Assembly: GCA_049276455.1 (NCBI GenBank)
Contig: JBASWL010000224.1
Location: 50,351 to 114,350 of the forward strand
From: Georgfuchsia sp.
Lineage (GTDB): Bacteria; Pseudomonadota; Gammaproteobacteria; Burkholderiales; Rhodocyclaceae
Length of the DNA: 64,000 bases
Direction of reading: 5' to 3'
Shown here: piece by piece, positions 62,247-64,000 of the stretch
Layout of the letters: every line of letters starts with the position of its first letter
Numbering within the stretch: position 1 is the first letter of the stretch
The notes under the pieces: model-generated
The model's input: only the letters and a program-made list of their open reading frames with translations
Told to the model about the DNA's origin: nothing
Database searches by the model: none
Position numbers and translations under genes: made by a program

Positions 62247-63787
62247 GCTGGCAGCAAGGTGAGGCGCAGGTCATCCAAAGCGCCCCCGACAGTGAAGTGA
62301 TAAAGGCTTTGCCAAGCGCTTCCTTGCAAGCCAAGCAGCGCATGCATCTCGTCGTCGAGGAAGCAGCCGATGCCGGTACCGCGAATGCCGGCTGCTTCGG
62401 CCTCCAGATAGAGCACCTGTCCCAGCATGCCGCACTCCCAGTGCAGCGTGCGATAGCGCCACGGCGCTTCTTCTGTGATCTCGTAGTGGGCCAGCATCCC
62501 CAAGGCAAAGCACGAATCTGCGGCGATATCCTGGTCGCATGAAATGCCGCGCGCAACATCACGCAGGTCATGGGGAACCAGCAAATAGAGTGGCAGAGCG
62601 GGCGGGCCGACTTTCTGCCAGAGCCAGTCCGGCCGCAGTGTTGCCTTCAGCATGGCTAACGCCTGTGGATTGCGGACCAGTAGGTACAGCCCCGGATCCA
62701 GGTTGTCGACCCGATGCACGAAAACAGCCAGATGGACTTCTGCCTGCCACGGCCAGGCAGACCAGAGCGGCGCGGCAACGTGGGGCAGGGTGGCGTCAAG
62801 CATGGCGAAGAACTTGTCGGCGCTGATCCGCGTCGTCGCATCATAGCTGACCGCACTGCGGCGTTGTCGAATGAGGGTTGCCGCAGGGATATCGTTTTCC
62901 TCATCTGTTGAAACAGGCGCATCCGTGATGGTTCCCGCTTTGTCCGACAGTGGTTCCAGATGCGGCTTGACGGTGACCCGGACGACCTGTTCGATATCGG
63001 GCCAATCCACATGTTCGCGGCTCAAGCGATTCGGCGTGCCATGGAATTGTGCCGGGGGAGGCGGCAGCGCAGGTGATTCGCCGGGGCCGATCCACAACAG
63101 GCAATCTGGCTCTTCATGCTCGGCAAGGCCCATGTCGCGGTCAAGCCCGAGCAGCGCCGCGATCTCGGCATCTGATGGTGCGGCCAGCAACCGTGCGCGC
63201 CAGCCCAGTGCCGCTGCGGCAAGACAGACGGCGGCAAGCGCATGGCCGCAATCCTCCTGGCAGTAGCGAAACGCGCGCATGCCGTACTTCCATGCCTCGC
63301 GCCAATGGATGCTCGTCAGCCCGATGAATATGCCATTCAGTTCAGTCGGCGCATCCCGGACGCCACGCTGCTCAAGCACATGATCGCGGCTTGCGTAGTG
63401 ATAAACGCCCGCAGCAAGACCCGGAATGTTCCCGGTGACAAGATAGCCTTCGGTCGGATGCAAGTTGCCGCTGGAAGGATTGCAGCGCAAGGCCCAGGAA
63501 GCGTCGCCTTGAGATTTCCAGGCAGAGATTGCCAGCGACAATTCAAACAATATCCCGATCGAGTCAACGTCGAGCGCGCGCGGCGGCGGCAGGTTTCCAT
63601 TGCGCAGCGCGCCGTAGCGCGTCTTGAGCCCATCTGCGCCAAGCGGCAGGTCGATACGCCGGGCGCCTGCGTAACAACGGAAAGGATCCGGCTGATTGGC
63701 CCAGTCCAGCCATCCCGGCCCTGCCGCATAGCGACCCGGACGATGCTTGCTGCGCTGGTGGTAATCGGAGAGCAAGTAGTCTGTCAT
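62231..63787 (-). CDS. SagB/ThcOx-type tandem nitroreductase-fold dehydrogenase
   Basis: 518 aa. The N-terminal block is DYHQRSKH...PG.LDWANQPDPFR. Two nitroreductase-like halves are present (ALRCNPSSGNLHPTEGYL ... and WECGMLGQVLYLEAEAAGIRGTGIGCFLDD). Confidence 0.75.
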   Translation of the reverse strand: MTDYLLSDYHQRSKHRPGRYAAGPGWLDWANQPDPFRCYAGARRIDLPLGADGLKTRYGALRNGNLPPPRALDVDSIGILFELSLAISAWKSQGDASWALRCNPSSGNLHPTEGYLVTGNIPGLAAGVYHYASRDHVLEQRGVRDAPTELNGIFIGLTSIHWREAWKYGMRAFRYCQEDCGHALAAVCLAAAALGWRARLLAAPSDAEIAALLGLDRDMGLAEHEEPDCLLWIGPGESPALPPPPAQFHGTPNRLSREHVDWPDIEQVVRVTVKPHLEPLSDKAGTITDAPVSTDEENDIPAATLIRQRRSAVSYDATTRISADKFFAMLDATLPHVAAPLWSAWPWQAEVHLAVFVHRVDNLDPGLYLLVRNPQALAMLKATLRPDWLWQKVGPPALPLYLLVPHDLRDVARGISCDQDIAADSCFALGMLAHYEITEEAPWRYRTLHWECGMLGQVLYLEAEAAGIRGTGIGCFLDDEMHALLGLQGSAWQSLYHFTVGGALDDLRLTLLPAYPPA

Positions 63788-63814
63788 GGCGCAAGTGCAA
63801 GTACGGAATTCAGC

Positions 63815-64000
63815 TTAGCACGCCGCTTTGTGCCGGCTTGCCGGATCCTGACGATAGAACAGCGCGAGTTGCTCATAGACCGCCGGGAACTGATGGCGCA
63901 AGGCATGCGGATCGGCGAAGAAATATTCACTCGTCACGGCGAAGAACTCTTCCGGCGCTGTCGCGCCATAGGCATTGATACCGGGATGCCCCTCCTCCTG
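63815..64000 (-). CDS. mtfA: M90 family peptidase MtfA-like, C-terminal fragment (gene continues beyond the window)
   Basis: Not in the ORF track because it has no start in the window. The minus-strand translation is ...GINAYGATAPEEFFAVTSEYFFADPHALRHQFPAVYEQLALFYRQDP...* and matches the conserved MtfA C-terminus. The stop is at 63815-63817. Confidence 0.75.
   Translation of the reverse strand, partial: QEEGHPGINAYGATAPEEFFAVTSEYFFADPHALRHQFPAVYEQLALFYRQDPASRHKAAC

Overview
This is a 64-kb, moderately GC-rich, densely packed chromosomal segment. Gene content and synteny look betaproteobacterial (ffh/ypjD/yfjD, aspS-nudB, rplM-rpsI-argC, argB-slmA, recG-ridA). I can support about 75 protein-coding genes, mostly housekeeping. 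They include four aminoacyl-tRNA synthetases (tyrS, proS, aspS, argS), ubiquinone biosynthesis (ubiD, ubiA, ubiC, coq7, ubiB) and arginine biosynthesis (argC, argB). Also present are the helicases recG and recQ, ffh, pilC/pilD, rplM/rpsI, hemB, dsbA, cytochrome c4 and a PhnCDE-type ABC transporter. I saw no rRNA, tRNA, CRISPR array or intact mobile element. The stand-out accessory locus lies at 3.5-6.9 kb on the minus strand. It is a six-gene, overlapping operon: ECF sigma, a tiny zinc-finger anti-sigma, a Cys-rich secreted DUF2282 precursor, a DUF692 (MNIO) enzyme, DUF2063 and DoxX. This is the architecture of the gig/bufferin class of copper-binding ribosomally synthesised peptides. Secondary points of interest are listed below.
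- A 737-aa TonB/TolA-like protein with a roughly 265-aa coiled coil.
- A full-length OvoA (ovothiol) synthase in an operon with a 2Fe-2S ferredoxin and a hydrolase.
- An orphan tandem SagB/ThcOx-type nitroreductase.
- Two hairpin-dense intergenic regions that could encode small RNAs.
- Several families of REP-like palindromic repeats.
- A frameshifted gene remnant.
All functional calls come from motif and synteny recognition by eye in the supplied translations and sequence. No database search or folding computation was possible, so start codons and family names carry that uncertainty.
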